DNA of 64,000 nt. Origin: Octopus sinensis. Its lineage: Eukaryota. The notes beneath the pieces were generated by a model. That model saw only the letters and a program-made list of their open reading frames with translations. It was not told where the DNA came from and made no database searches. Within the stretch, counting starts at the first letter, position 1, and every line of letters starts with the position of its first letter. Made by a program: the position numbers and the translations under genes. This document shows positions 39,186 through 52,380 of the stretch, one piece after another. The DNA lies in NCBI RefSeq assembly GCF_006345805.1, contig NC_043011.1, forward strand, positions 16,628,464 to 16,692,463, written 5' to 3'.

Positions 39186-39551
39186 GTAAGCCGCTACACC
39201 AAATATTAGTTGCAGAAACACCATTCTTTAGTAAAATACTTTGGTTGGTTTGAATTTCCATTAACCTACGATATATGAAGTATTAGTACGTGCATAAAAT
39301 CATCTATTCAAAGATTTTTAAAGAAATACTTTAAGAAATTTGAGATAAACAGATTTGCTTTCGTACTTCGCCTTAAGATTCTCTTCTTCGTTCACTACAT
39401 TAAGAATTCTATAGACACCAATATTGAAGAACTGAGACGTGTATTCATATAAGGCATCATTGAGCTACATATCACTTGGATAGTCTTTGTTTTGTTACTG
39501 TGCAGAGAAATTTACAACCACGCACATATATATTTAGAATCACGTACCTAC

Positions 39552-39624
<73 letters not shown>

Positions 39625-39632
39625 CATATATA

Positions 39633-40034
39633 TCTTTTACTCTTTTACTGTTTCAGTCATTTGACTGTGGCCATACTGGAGCAGCGCCTTTAGTCGAGCA
39701 AATCGACACCAGGACTTATTCTTTGTAAGCCCAGTACTTATTCCATCGGTCTCTTTTGCCGAACAGCTAAGTTACGGGGACCTAAACACACCTGCATTGG
39801 CTGTCATGCGATGTTGGTGGGGGGGAACAAACACAGACACACAAACACATACACACACATACATATTTATATATATATGCATGTGTGTTTCCGTCTACCA
39901 AATCCACTCACAAGGCTTTTGTCGGCCCGATGCTACAGTAGAAGACACTTTTCCAAGGTGCCACACATTGGGACTGAGCCCGGATCCACGTGGTTCGTAA
40001 GCAAGCTACTTACTACACTGCCACCCCGACACCT
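39633..40034 (-). mobile_element. SINE family B, full length
   Basis: Runs from the tcttttactcttttac tail to the gcaagctacttac head, homologous to 656-1012. Confidence 0.9.
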
Positions 40035-40199
40035 CTACCACTTTCCTCTTATCTTTCTGCATAATCCATTAATTCATTTTCTTATTCCATTTATGTAAAT
40101 ACCTTTTCTTCTAATGTTTCACTGGAACCATTATTCTCAAGCTATTCTCTTTTTTTTTCACGTCTCTCTCCTCCCACATCTCACACCTCTCCTCCGTTT

Positions 40200-41040
40200 T
40201 TGCTTCGTTTTTCAGCCGTCCATTCCTGTGTTACTAGAACCATGTATGCATACACTGTCTATCCAGAGCTTGATAATTGTTTCCAGGACCTCAATGTAGG
40301 CGGCAGATTTAACTCTAAGGCCTTGTGGAAAGAAGGAGGCATCACATGTCCTTCATTGTTGACAACCCCTAAAACCAGGACAGTTGCAGGAAATTTTATA
40401 TGTATAACACTTGGAACTTCAGAAGACTCTACACATAACCATCTGTCATTTCTTCTGTTAATTTTTGATCTTGGTCGAAGTTTTTTCTCGTTTGAGAAAA
40501 TCCAATTCAAATCTTCTTCTGCTGAATTTTTCAGTTTGTTTAAGAGCCTTTTAGATCTGATGTAGTTATTTTCTTTGTTTTTTTTCTGACAAATTGACCT
40601 TTCCTCATCATATAAGAATTATATCTGATGTCTTCTTGGACAACATTTCTGACATATGGAGATCTTTTGCAATTTACCTCATGGACTTTCTGGGATTGTA
40701 ATCAACGGTCTGTTGGACATGCTGGACAAAGGCAGGTGTTCTGATGATTTCAGGGCGTTTAGAATGCGTTTTACGCTTTGATAATTGTGATACGTTTCCA
40801 TCTTCAGTCTCTATCTCCTTACAAACTTTGTAGACGAAAGATCTGTCAACATTTAAAAATCGAGATATCTATAAATCGCTATGCTCACCTTTATAGCCAC
40901 AATAACAGCATGCCTCTTCCTTTCTTGAGAAAGCTGAGGGTCTGCCATTATTATATTCTGAAACAAAGATTATACAGAGTTAGCAAAAATTGCTGCAATG
41001 ACCCCAAAATAAGTATATCCCCAACTACCTTACGCATATA
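40200..41040 (-). mobile_element. DD37D (maT-like) transposase remnant
   Basis: Broken frames from ATG about 40948: MADPQLSQERKRHAVIVA...IRTPAFVQ...WIFSNEK...NRRNDRWL...HIKFPATVLVLGVVNNEGHVMPP...AAYIEVLET. Confidence 0.75.
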
Positions 41041-41291
41041 CCTTACATATGTATGTGATGTGTGAGTGTGTTTGTATGTGTCTGCGTGATTTCAAAAGCT
41101 GTAGTGGGTTAAAGGTATCATTCTCAGAAATAATTACTTCATTATTATTTAAAAGAAGTTTGTATTACGTGTGAGGATGTTTATGAGGCTGATGGCCATT
41201 TATGATACAATCTAAGACAATTAACTTCGAACACGAACACAACCAGCTCATGGATTCATACTTTATGCATTGTATTGCTTGCTGTCCTAAG

Positions 41292-41471
41292 TTCACACAA
41301 AACAGCCCAGTTGTTACAAACTGTAATGCTTTTACATATGGTAGATATTACTATATATGTGAGAAATTTCAGTCTTCCATATTTGTCGCCTACGATCGGG
41401 TATCAATACTAAAGAGAATCTGCGCCAAAACTTCACTGTTTATTAATCTACACAACACTTATTACAAAGAG
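41292..41471 (+). CDS. Candidate exon
   Basis: Acceptor ttgcttgctgtcctaag, donor GAG|gtaata, 180 bp, phase 0-0 and open (FTQNSPVVTNCNAFTYGRYYYICEK...YYKE). It fits after 39185. Confidence 0.3.
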
Positions 41472-43458
41472 GTAATATTTATCCTCCATGATAACCACTG
41501 CAGTAAAGTGTATTTTAACAGAACATCCACGTTTAAGTGGCGATAAATATTACCTCTCTATATTAATACCGCCACTGCCGTTAATAAATACTTATTACAG
41601 AAGGCATAAGCATAAACAAGTACATAAATGCAATATTCTCTCATCTATCTGTAATGCCAAGTATATAAAAAGGAATTATTTTATATTATATTTGCTAATA
41701 AGTTTCCCGGAATATAATTTTAAAAATTACCCTGGAAATGTTTTGGAAATTCTCCATTAAAAGAATAAATCTTCAGACGAGAAATTCACCGAGTAAATTT
41801 AGAAGTACTTTTCTGTCTTTTCTCACGTACATTATTAGTTTCCTCTAGTCAATATTCATATTGATGTACTTCATAGAAACTTTTAATACATCCAGTATGC
41901 TTGAGAGAATTACATGTATATAATTTTCCAATGAGAAATTTAACGGTCTATCGAAATCGTATAAAAATAGAAATATTTCATTTTTATAGAATGTCGATTT
42001 AATTATATAATGATTTTGTACTTATGCAGGAATGATTTTATGTTTATCCGAACATTCTACTTTTGATTTCTGGTATATGAGATAAGTAATGATTAAAATA
42101 AAGAATTAGTATTGTGGATGTCAATGCTTTTATTCTACAAGTGGACTATTGAAAATGAATCATGTATTCTTGATATGAAAAGGATTTTAAAATATAGTTT
42201 GCAGATTATTTGATCTGTTATAACTTGTAAATCTAAGAGACTTTATTTACAGTAGTTTGCATTCAATAAAATTGCTTTGTGTTTCATTAGGTGTAGATAT
42301 CTTTGACCAAAACAAAAGTAGGTACTTTTTGTGTAACGAACTCTCTTGATGATGACAAGATTTGATAAAAGAGGTATATTGTAATTAAGTTATCAATATT
42401 ATTTCTGGCTACAGTCTTTATATAGCGAACTATATAACGGCTGACTATAATCAAAACTACCTGGCAACACAAATTATATCATATTTTCAATATATAGGGC
42501 GGCTACCTTTAAGACATCAGTTTATGAAGAATTTTGATCACCCAAACTCCCTTATAGAACATAATAAAATTTTCATAAATCCATAGAATAACACATGTAA
42601 AGCCCATACATCATGGAAATCTCTTACATAACAAAAGAATGGGATGCATTTATTTAAATGTGTTAAATTTAGAAGTTCCTGAATGTTAGCGCGTAATATA
42701 TTATTCTGTTTGGAATTAGTTAAAATACACTTAACTATATCTCATCAGTATCTCCTTTATATACTCGCACAAACAACAAACACTCCTTAATTAACACTTT
42801 GCATGAACCAATTATCTTCTTCATTTTCTATAAACATTGTATTATCACCATTTAAATATTTATTTAATATCACAGCCATATTGTTTATCTATATTTTGTC
42901 TCCTACTACATTTTATGTTTAACTACTCATGTTCATTCTTTGAAGTATTTTCCAATCCTTATTTCTGTTTTAATGGATTTTCGTTTTCCAGTCTCATCCT
43001 ACTTCTATATCATCCTTTTATCTAACGGACTCTATCCACCGCTTCAGTAGATTGCATTTCTCATTTTTGTATTTTATAAATGCTTGCCACTCACGCAATC
43101 TCTGATTTCCATTTTTATATTACCGCATATAATTGCGTTCACTATCTTAATGGAAAAAAATACACCAAGTTCGATAAGCATTATCGGATGATATTGTTAG
43201 TGGATCGGATGTCTAACTTTGTTGTAAAGTTCATTATACGAAGCAATGATTTTGTATTAATTTCTAACAAAGTTTCCTGTGGTTGTGCATTGCATTTGCT
43301 TTCTTCAGTTGTAACACTTTGAACGATGACTCTGTTTTTCTTCCTTTCTTGTGCTGAACATGAAGAAGTAATCCTTCGGTCACTACAAGGATCAACACCA
43401 GTTGTAATATTAAGCATATGCGATATTATTAATCCTCCCGAACCGAAACGAATTGTAG

Positions 43459-43521
43459 TCTAACATCGGTAACTCTTTCTGTAAAGCCTACTTCATTTCT
43501 CCGACAACTAGTTGAGCGAAG
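43459..43521 (+). CDS. Candidate exon (perfect donor, weak acceptor)
   Basis: AAG|gtaagt donor at 43522. The phase 2-2 frame LTSVTLSVKPTSFLRQLVER joins 45408 in frame. Confidence 0.3.
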
Positions 43522-43940
43522 GTAAGTAGAATTTAGTTCCTTTCCAGAGTGTCTGCGAAATTCGTGCAGCAAATATTAACTCACTACATAAGGATTAATA
43601 ACCCAAACGTTACGCACGAAAAAGCCGGGATTAAGTCCAGCATTTAGGAAAATCTGGATGGTTCTGAATTCCTTTTCGAATTAATTTACCGGTTTTAATC
43701 TTTAATCCACTGGTGCATCCACATGTAAATAAGACAGACTGTTTTTTTAGTTTTAAGTTCAAAACTATGATTCCTGAATTTAATCCATCTCGAAATAGAG
43801 AACCAGTGATCAAATTGACCGAAAGATTATATATATTAAATATTAGTTTTGTACTTTTATTTCTGAAGAAGAGATAACATGAACATTTTAAACTTATTTT
43901 ATAATTTTCATGAAGCGGCCACTCATCTCAACGTTATATA

Positions 43941-45232
43941 CGAGGGGCGTTCAATAAGTAATGCCCCTGACCCACTTCCCATAGCAGTAGAGCAACGAAA
44001 CTTGGTACAGTTATTAGTCTTTTTCTATATAGGAACCACCCAGAGTTACGTATTTCTCGCATTGTTTGATGCAGCTTTGAATACCGTTTTTGGAGAAGAC
44101 CCCAGTTTGGTCCTCCAACCACGACGTGACTTCAGAAATCAAGGCTGCATCATCTGGGGAACACTTTCCTTTCAAAAACAACTTCATGGCTGGGAAGAGG
44201 TGAAAATCAGAGGGTGCAAGGTCAGGAGAGTAAAGGGAATGGTGGATGAGTTCATAGCCGCACGCCTGTGCTTCTGATCTGGCGACGCGCGAGTTGTGGA
44301 TCGGAGCGTTGTCCTGCAGGAGGAGGATGCCTTCGCTGATCTTGCCCCACCTCTTGATTTTGATAGCTTCTCTTAATTTCCTCAAAAGTGAAGCATAATA
44401 GACTCCTGTAATTGTGGTACCCATTGCCAGGAAATCTGTCATCATTACTCCGTCCTGGTCCCAGAAGACTGTGAGCATGACCTTGCCAGCGGAGGGCTGC
44501 ACCCTTGCCTTCTTTGGAGGAGGAGAGTCACGGTGCTTCCACTGCATTGACTGGGCTTTGGTCTCTGGATCATAGTGATGGACCCAGGTTTCATCCTGTG
44601 TAATCAGTCTTTTGAAAAATGTTGACTCATCTTCTTGGCACATCTCCAAATTCATCCTCGAGCAATCGACGCGTTCTTGCTTCTGGAAAGGTGTGAGCAG
44701 CCTGGGAATCCATCTGGCAGACACCTTTTGCATATGCAAATGGTCATGAATGATAGTTTCCACAGACCCGGTGCTAATCTTGACCTCATGCGCTATTTGG
44801 CGAATAGTTATGCGTCGATCTTCCAAAATGACAGCCTCAACTTGACGGACAGATGCCTTATCAATGGCAGAAGGGGGCGACCAGATCTGGGAGCAGTTTC
44901 CACAGAGTTCCGACCATGTTTGAATTCACGATGCCAGCGTTTTACAAGTTCATATGATGAGGCATCATCATCATAAGTTACTTTCATTTCCTCAAAAGTA
45001 TCCCGTGGTGTGCGTCCTTTCAAATACAAAAACCGGATTACTGCTCGACACTCAACAGGCTCCATTTCCCACTTGACTCAGTTCAAATACCTGTAAATCA
45101 GAAACTACAATTAGTTCAGAGCTGTAGTTTGCCACTTCATCTATAGAGATATAAATAATTGCACAGGCAAAATTTTAGCTAGATCAAACAACTGCAAGTG
45201 GGTCAGAGGCATTACTTATTGAACGCCCCTCG
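43941..45232 (-). mobile_element. Full-length mariner, irritans/Hsmar2-like, nearly intact
   Basis: 33-bp TIRs cgaggggcgttcaataagtaatgcc.ctgaccc (1 mismatch) with TA TSDs. The transposase runs 45065 to 44014 with TQDETW, LQDNA and YSPDLAPSDFHLF (DD34D) and one frameshift near 44873. Confidence 0.95.
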
Positions 45233-45407
45233 TATTTATCCTTTAAAATACACATTTAAGTAAAGGCTATCGAAAATAATTATCATTCAAATGAGTGAAA
45301 GTTAGTAAACATTTTGACATTTAGCAATTTGGTTATTTCTCGCACCTCTCTAAATAGGACAGTTATCCTGGCTTACTTATATCAGTTTTCTTTTTCTTTT
45401 TTCACAG

Positions 45408-45562
45408 TGCTCAGCTATACTCATTTCACAAATGCAGTACGAGCCTGTGCTTTATACGGACTGCACCAAATCAAAACGAAGGGATAGTATCTTATTCTCT
45501 TTACAAAAGACTCCTGCTGGAGCACAAAATTAATCAGCGACCGGGAAACACTCGAAATTCAC
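45408..45562 (+). CDS. Candidate exon
   Basis: Very strong acceptor ttttctttttcttttttcacag, donor CAC|gtaact. Open in phase 2-1: AQLYSFHKCSTSLCFIRTAPNQNEGIVSYSLYKRLLLEHKINQRPGNTRNS. Confidence 0.4.
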
Positions 45563-46448
45563 GTAACTAGTCTGCGCTTCAGGAAGAATCCAGTACAGAT
45601 TCAGAAGACTGTATACCTTATTGATCCAAGACTTCTGACCTATATGTGACCTAAAAACCACTTTGAAATCTTACAGCAAGTATCTACAAATACTCTTCAT
45701 CAATCAATTATGAGCCGTTCTGGTGCTATCATATAGCGTGATCATTTTTTGTACGATTATAGCAGACGTTCAAATGCTGTTAGTAATTTCAGATGCAGGT
45801 TCTAGCGTAGTTTCGAGATATAAATCCAAAAGTAGCTACAACTAACATTACTAAAAAAAATACAAGGTAACTTTAAATTCCCCTAACATGCTGGACAACC
45901 TTTCACTGTTACCAATAACAACTATCCAACGAAACTACCACTGTTTATACATTCTCATATTGTTCTACATCACATGGTCCATCTCACATTTAGCATTTAG
46001 AAGTATTTTAACCAGTTGTCTGGAGGAAAGCTGTGCCGGCATACTCTGCACAATGCCGGACAAAATTATCAGAAGTATTTACTTTCTCTTAGTTCTGTAT
46101 TCAAATACAATCATGGTTAGTTTGCATCCAAAATCGATACAATGTCTTAGCAAGATATTACGACAATTCACTCGTCTATATAACCCTACAATAAACAAAC
46201 TGGTCTCGAAGTGAATCAGAATGAATCAATATTTCTATTCGATAGTCTTAGTGTCTGGCATTGCTGTATCTCATTGATACTGCTACAGTTTACACAGTCA
46301 ATACTATTTATTCATCGACGTCAGGTTTTGCACGCAACAAGCGTTTTATTTCAACGAATGTCAACTGCTTTCACTAATGATTTCTCATATGCAAAACATA
46401 TTGTCATAACTACGGTCATTTTATTTGTAGATTACTACGGCAATATAT

Positions 46449-46760
46449 GGCTTATAATCATAAGGTAGTGAATTCGATACCCGGACGGGGCTGTGTGTTG
46501 TGCTCTTGAGCAAGACACTTTATTTCATGTTGCTCCAGTTCAGTCAGCTGTAGAAATTAGTCGCGACGTCACAGGTGCCAAGCTCTATCAGCATTTGGCT
46601 TTCCTTTGGATAACATATGTGGCGTGGAGAGGGGCGGCTGATATGCATGGGTGACTGCTGGTCTTCTATAAATAACCTTGCCCGGAATTGTGTCTCGGAG
46701 GGTAACACTCTAGCTGCAATCCCATGGTCATACATGGCCGAAGGGGGTCTTTAACCTTTT
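46449..46760 (+). mobile_element. SINE with family D-like head/body and a different tail
   Basis: gaattcgatacccgg B-box and ctcttgagcaagacactttatttca body shared with 17096. Confidence 0.8.
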
Positions 46761-46827
46761 ATATTACTATACCAGAAAGTAGCACATGTAGTTTTTTTCT
46801 ACCATTTACGAATGAATTTTAAGATGT

Positions 46828-46864
<37 letters not shown>

Positions 46865-48479
46865 GCAGAAGAGACACAGAGAGATGAAGAGTTTAGATCT
46901 CGGTAGGAACATTCAAACGTTTTTTGCAGACATTGAAGGCTGTAGTGGAATTGAAACTAAAAAGTATATCGAGTATTGAAAATTCTTCTTAATTACCAAA
47001 AGTACTGGTGTGTTCGCTCTAGATTCTTGCTACTAAATTATGGATTTGTAAATGAACGAAGTAAAAATATTAGAATGGGAAGGTTACCTACAATATATTT
47101 GTGAACTCAGAACTAGTAACAGACATTCGAATAAATGGTTTTATCACCTATTTAATATGCTATTAAATTTTGTATAAATTTTCGATAAATTACATGCAGT
47201 GAAAATAGAACACGGTTAAATTTGAAAAATGATTAAAATATATCACACTTCAGAAAATTGCAAAGCGTGTTGAATCAGTACAAATTTCCGAACTGGAGTT
47301 TCGTTAATATATACGTGTTATGAAACCATTAACAGAAAGCATGAGAAAAATGTATCTGAAAACTATTCACATAAATAACAATTCATTTAAGGAGTTACTA
47401 ATGTATACAAAGTCATGTAATGCACCATACTTAAGAACAATGCAGTTTCTATTGACTAACAATCTGTAGCTTAACACGTCACCTGCAGCTTAGGACAGAA
47501 ACTCCTACACGGAAGCGAAACATTATTCAGAGATACATTGAATATATACAGAGGATAGGTTTCTATTAAGTTGTACATTGTTATGAAAGATATTTCTTGT
47601 ATTGTTTGTAGAAACATAAAGTATATTTATTTCAGCGGCGGTTCTTTTTATTTTATGTGAGGTTCTAAAACTTTCAGACCGATATTGTACTTGCAGTTCA
47701 CACAGAGCTGATTGCAAGAACAATTGAATAAATCAAAACTGATAATGTTATACAGCTTCATTATGTTATCGATTTATGTGGGATGGATAGTTTATGTTAA
47801 CACTTGTGAGATTTAAAATCATAACTTAAAATTACATATTTAAGAGATCTTAACAAGATTACTTTCGCACGCACGTGTAACACATAATTACATCAAGACG
47901 AAGTATTAAACAAGAAATGTTTGTTCAATGTTTATAGTTATTATAGCAACCAGTATCTAATATCGATATCTGTATGAAGGTGTATAAGTGGAAATGTGTG
48001 TGTGCAGGTGAGCACGCGTGTGTATGAGTGTGTCTAAGTATAATAAGAATGTGTAGCAGAATAAATCTTCTGAAACCATCAGAAATACTGCTCTTTAAAA
48101 CACTACCTTTGATTTTGTAAGATTCTTCAGAAAATCTCTGAGATGCTTTATCTTCTTCTATTAAAGCTTGAAGTAAATATTTGTAAAACTTTTGCGTTTT
48201 TGGTAGATACGGAACCACCGAGTTGACATCTTAATTCAACACTCGTGTTTTCAGATATCAGTAACAATTACAATGGAACGGCAACTTGTGTGCTATACTA
48301 ACTAACCATGTCGTAAAACTAAACAAATTTCATTCTATATTTATGTACATAGACATAAATACATATTTACACACACCACATACGTGGTCTGATTTCATGT
48401 CTTGTGCTATAAAAAGAAAACTAGAGCACATATCAATTCAGCATTTAAATTTCCTTCAAACTAGTCCCATTCTGAAGCC

Positions 48480-49135
48480 GCACACTTTATCCAGCGTAGT
48501 TTCCAATGATTGAAGCCTTCCTGGAACACCGTTTTGGGATAGCGAGCAGCTGTCTGGTTTTTTTTTTTAATTTCTTCGACTTCTTGAAAACAATGTTCCT
48601 TTGCTCAGCTTCTTTCTTGATGTTAAAACAGGGTGCAAGTCGGCATCCTACACTATCAGCCAACTTCTGACCACTGCACAGTCTCTACACTGAGCAACTA
48701 CTTAGACTATTTATTAAAATACATATACACATTACCGGAACAGAATTGTGATTCTAGTGGCTTGGTACTCTTTGGAAACAAAATCATAAAGAAACAAAGC
48801 AACATATGTAACTGCTATAAACAGTTACTTCTTTTGCTATAGAGAACAACATTTCTAGTGCCATGGCTGCATATGAAAGGGAGCAAATTCGAATCAATTT
48901 AATCTGTTCTTTGGTAGAGTAATATTCCAATTAATACTATGAAAGAAGCCATCAAATTTCTAGAGACAATTGTACTCCGGTTTATTAAGCACTTATTTTA
49001 AAGTCTATTTCCACTCGTTATATACTTTCGTAACTGCCTCAGCAAGTTGGCATAGTACTCTCCATTGATGGTGTGGTCCTTTTGGAGGTAGTCAATAAAT
49101 AGAGTGTTTTTTGCATCTCCAAACCTGAGGCTATC
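48480..49135 (-). mobile_element. Scattered decayed mariner transposase fragments
   Basis: DAKNTLFIDYLQKDHTINGEYYANLLRQLRK (about 49010-49135) and FQEGFNHWKLRWIKC (about 48480-48530). Confidence 0.6.
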
Positions 49136-49146
49136 CCTGTTCAGAG

Positions 49147-49685
49147 AACCATTGCCAATCTAACAATGGTCTATTTAGAAATAACAAAATATCAGGAGTC
49201 ATTTTCAAAATTTGGAAACACTCTGTTCCAATACATAAAAATACTTAAAAGTACAACTGGAAAAGATTTTTTGGAAAACTGCTTCATCCTCTGCAATGAA
49301 AACATAGATAAATTCCTGGATTTCAAAAGACTTCTCAATAACATTAACACCAACATACAATTCACAATAGAACACAGCCGCACGGAGCTCCCAGTCCTTG
49401 ACATACTGATTATAAAAATAAACCAAAAAATAGAAACGGACAGTTTTTACGAGATCACAGACGCTAAACAATACCTACTATTCAGCTCATTTCACCCGAG
49501 ACATATCAAAACGAATATCCCCTTTCAACCTTGCAAGAAGGATCTGCACCATAGTATCTGAAAAAATACCAAAAGATTACAAGAGCTTAAAAAGGTACTT
49601 CAGGAGAAGCACTACCCAATTCTACTCATAAATTAAGGAATTAAACATGCAAAATCTATTAGTATTAAGAAAAATCAAACACAAC
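49147..49685 (+). mobile_element. Penelope-like RT fragment (motifs 4-7 and thumb), decayed
   Basis: ANLTMVYLE...KDFLENCFIL (decayed xLDD motif)...NIQFTIE...LPVLDI...KQYLLFSSFHPRHIKTNIPF. Confidence 0.85.
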
Positions 49686-50124
49686 ACATCTGTACCGATG
49701 CATTGCTTCAAATGGAGAATAACTTGAAGGCGATAAAAGTGTAAACATGTAAAACTAAATGAATAAAATAATATTGCAAAATTCCGGTTTGTTTTGGGTA
49801 CCCTATCTTATATGCGCGCGCGTGCGCATATGAAACTATATAGAGAAGCAGATATTCGTTTTGACGTAGACAGAAAATGGAAGACAATGAAATTCTGTGA
49901 ATATTCAGCATATATACTCTACTACGCAGTCTGTTATTCAATTGTTTGGTATGTAAATAATCTGCTTAGATTCTAAATTATCTTGTTGCATCTCAAGCAA
50001 AAGAAGGTTTCCTGTGCTTTTTAAATATGGGCGAAATGTTTGTGAAAAACATTTGTGCGTCGCTATGATTTATGTTTCCAGGTCTTTTAATCTAGTGAAA
50101 CTACAAAAGTACATGCATACATAA

Positions 50125-50163
<39 letters not shown>

Positions 50164-50191
50164 CTTTATTTTAAGCAGCAGAAAATTCAAC

Positions 50192-50238
50192 AAAATCTGT
50201 TACTCTGAGTTTCTCGTTGCCGTTCATCAGACAGTTTT
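50192..50238 (-). ncRNA. Minimal hammerhead ribozyme (PLE type)
   Basis: Minus strand aaaaactgt-CTGATGA-acggcaacga-GAAA-ctcaga-GTA-acagatttt has an intact core, stem I, a GCAA-capped stem II, a palindromic ACTC-A-GAGT stem III and a GUA site. Confidence 0.75.
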
Positions 50239-51289
50239 TGCTAGAATGGAACTTATATATTAATTCAATCTATACTCTTACAAACGCTACACCTTTAAAA
50301 GGAAATGGACTTGTTTGATTGGCCCTTTAGAAAAAACGGTCAATCTTCGAGCGATAAACAAAAAGGTCAAAAATATATGTATATATATATAAAAAAACTG
50401 ATAAAAATTATAAAAATTATAAAATCCGAGGAAAAAACCGAGGAAAAAACCTATTGCCGTTAATGAAGACAGTACAAATTAATGCATAGAAATTAAACCT
50501 GTTATAAATACTGCAATACATATTTATATTAAAATCCACATATATATATCAAAATACACAAAAGGATGCGCGTAAACGCCATACATACATATACAGACGT
50601 ATGAATATGAATCTAAATTATACACATAAAAGCATGTGTACATATATTCACGCAAACCGTCTCGCACGCAAGCTAAAATTCATCTATGTAGCAATTCACA
50701 TATACTGAGCAAGGAGGGGGAACGAAAGAAAGGGGAAGAGAGAAAAAGGAACGAAAGAGGAGGGGGGAACTTGTAGCGATGTTATTGGCATCTATAGAGG
50801 CCAGTATACATACACAAGTTTGAATTGATACATATACATACCGTCGTGTGTATGCGTGCTTAAGCACAAGCATACTTTCACTTACACATACACAGATACG
50901 CATGCTTACAAATACATATGCTTTGCTATACATATACTTATATAAACATTCTAATTTTGACAACATTGCTTTTTTTTAAAAAAAACATTGCTTTTAAAAA
51001 ATGGGTGCATTAATAAAAATATATACGAAAGACATATAAAATAAAATATAGCATCCTATTTTGGGTCATTTATAAATAATCAAGGTAATATAAATAATCA
51101 AGGTAATCCTATGCAATACAATAACATGAAAACAAAGTTTCTAGGTTTTTCCTAATATATATGTAGAAACAATAAGACTTTGCTATAGGTCCGTCGTAGC
51201 GCTCAAGAGTCAAAATCAAAATCAAAAATCAAAATACAAAATATATACTCTATCCATATGGTATATTTATATTCGACATTTTAAATTTA

Positions 51290-51302
51290 GCCGCGTATAT
51301 AC

Positions 51303-51381
<79 letters not shown>

Positions 51382-51401
51382 ATATATATATATATACATA
51401 C

Positions 51402-51434
<33 letters not shown>

Positions 51435-51601
51435 ATATATATATACAGCGTGTCCCCAAAAAATGTATACACATAGTGGTTCGGCAAAAGGGAACGATAG
51501 AATAAGTACTAGGCTTACAAAGAATAGCAAATTTACAATTATTTAAGGTGTGTATACATTTTTTGGGGACATCCTCTATATATACATATATACATATATT
51601 C

Positions 51602-51638
<37 letters not shown>

Positions 51639-51730
51639 TTTATATATATACATATACATATATACATACATGTATATATATATGTATATATATATATATA
51701 ATGTTGATGTGTGTGTGTGTGTGTGTGTGT
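51290..51730. repeat. (TA)n/(TG)n microsatellite block
   Basis: Direct observation; it contains the MITE below. Confidence 0.9.
51446..51576. mobile_element. Tc1/mariner-type MITE carrying a SINE B fragment
   Basis: TIRs cagcgtgtccccaaaaaatgtatacac / gtgtatacattttttggggacatcctc with TA flanks. The interior gtggttcggcaaaag...gatagaataagtactaggcttacaaagaata is family B body. Confidence 0.8.
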
Positions 51731-52380
51731 CCCTTTATAGAACTCATTGATGAATTCAATTTGGATCTGATTGTCTGCTGCGGTGTCAGGAGAATTTATA
51801 AGCTTAATTCCAAGCCTAGCTATAAGCCATGTTTGTTTATTCGCATTTCGCTAGACATTCTATTCATAAAGGAAATAGATTCGAATATTATGTATTTTCA
51901 ACTTAGTATACATATCATGACTTGCTTTTTATTGATGCAGTTATGGTCATATGCATACACATGCATACTCATGCATATATCCATACGTACACACTCGTCT
52001 GTTTACATGTACATACACACATGCACGCACAAGTGTAGATACGTAAGTATATATATATATAAGAATTTGTATATTTGTATATAAGCACAGACATTTTAGA
52101 AATTTAAATGTATTTCAGCATGATATACATTTACTATGTTTATATTTTGATTTGATTGTAATCGAGTTTATTCGAGCTTGTTTACAAAATTTGACGTCAC
52201 AAGACCTAGGCTTATTCCAAAAATTTGTGTCTGTGAATAGATGGTACTTTACTCCGGTATTATTGTGTGCTACAGCAGTGATATTGATACTAATTTCAGC
52301 GGAGGAAGACTTTCCAATTCATAAATGTAAATGTTTGCTCGTATTTATTTAGTAATATTCTTCAAAGGACTACCATATTT

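Noticed and set aside
45888-46468. Two adjacent hydrophobic ORFs resembling membrane proteins
   Set aside because: AT-rich DNA naturally translates to I/L/F-rich text, the second ORF ends in SINE sequence, and I recognise no family motifs.
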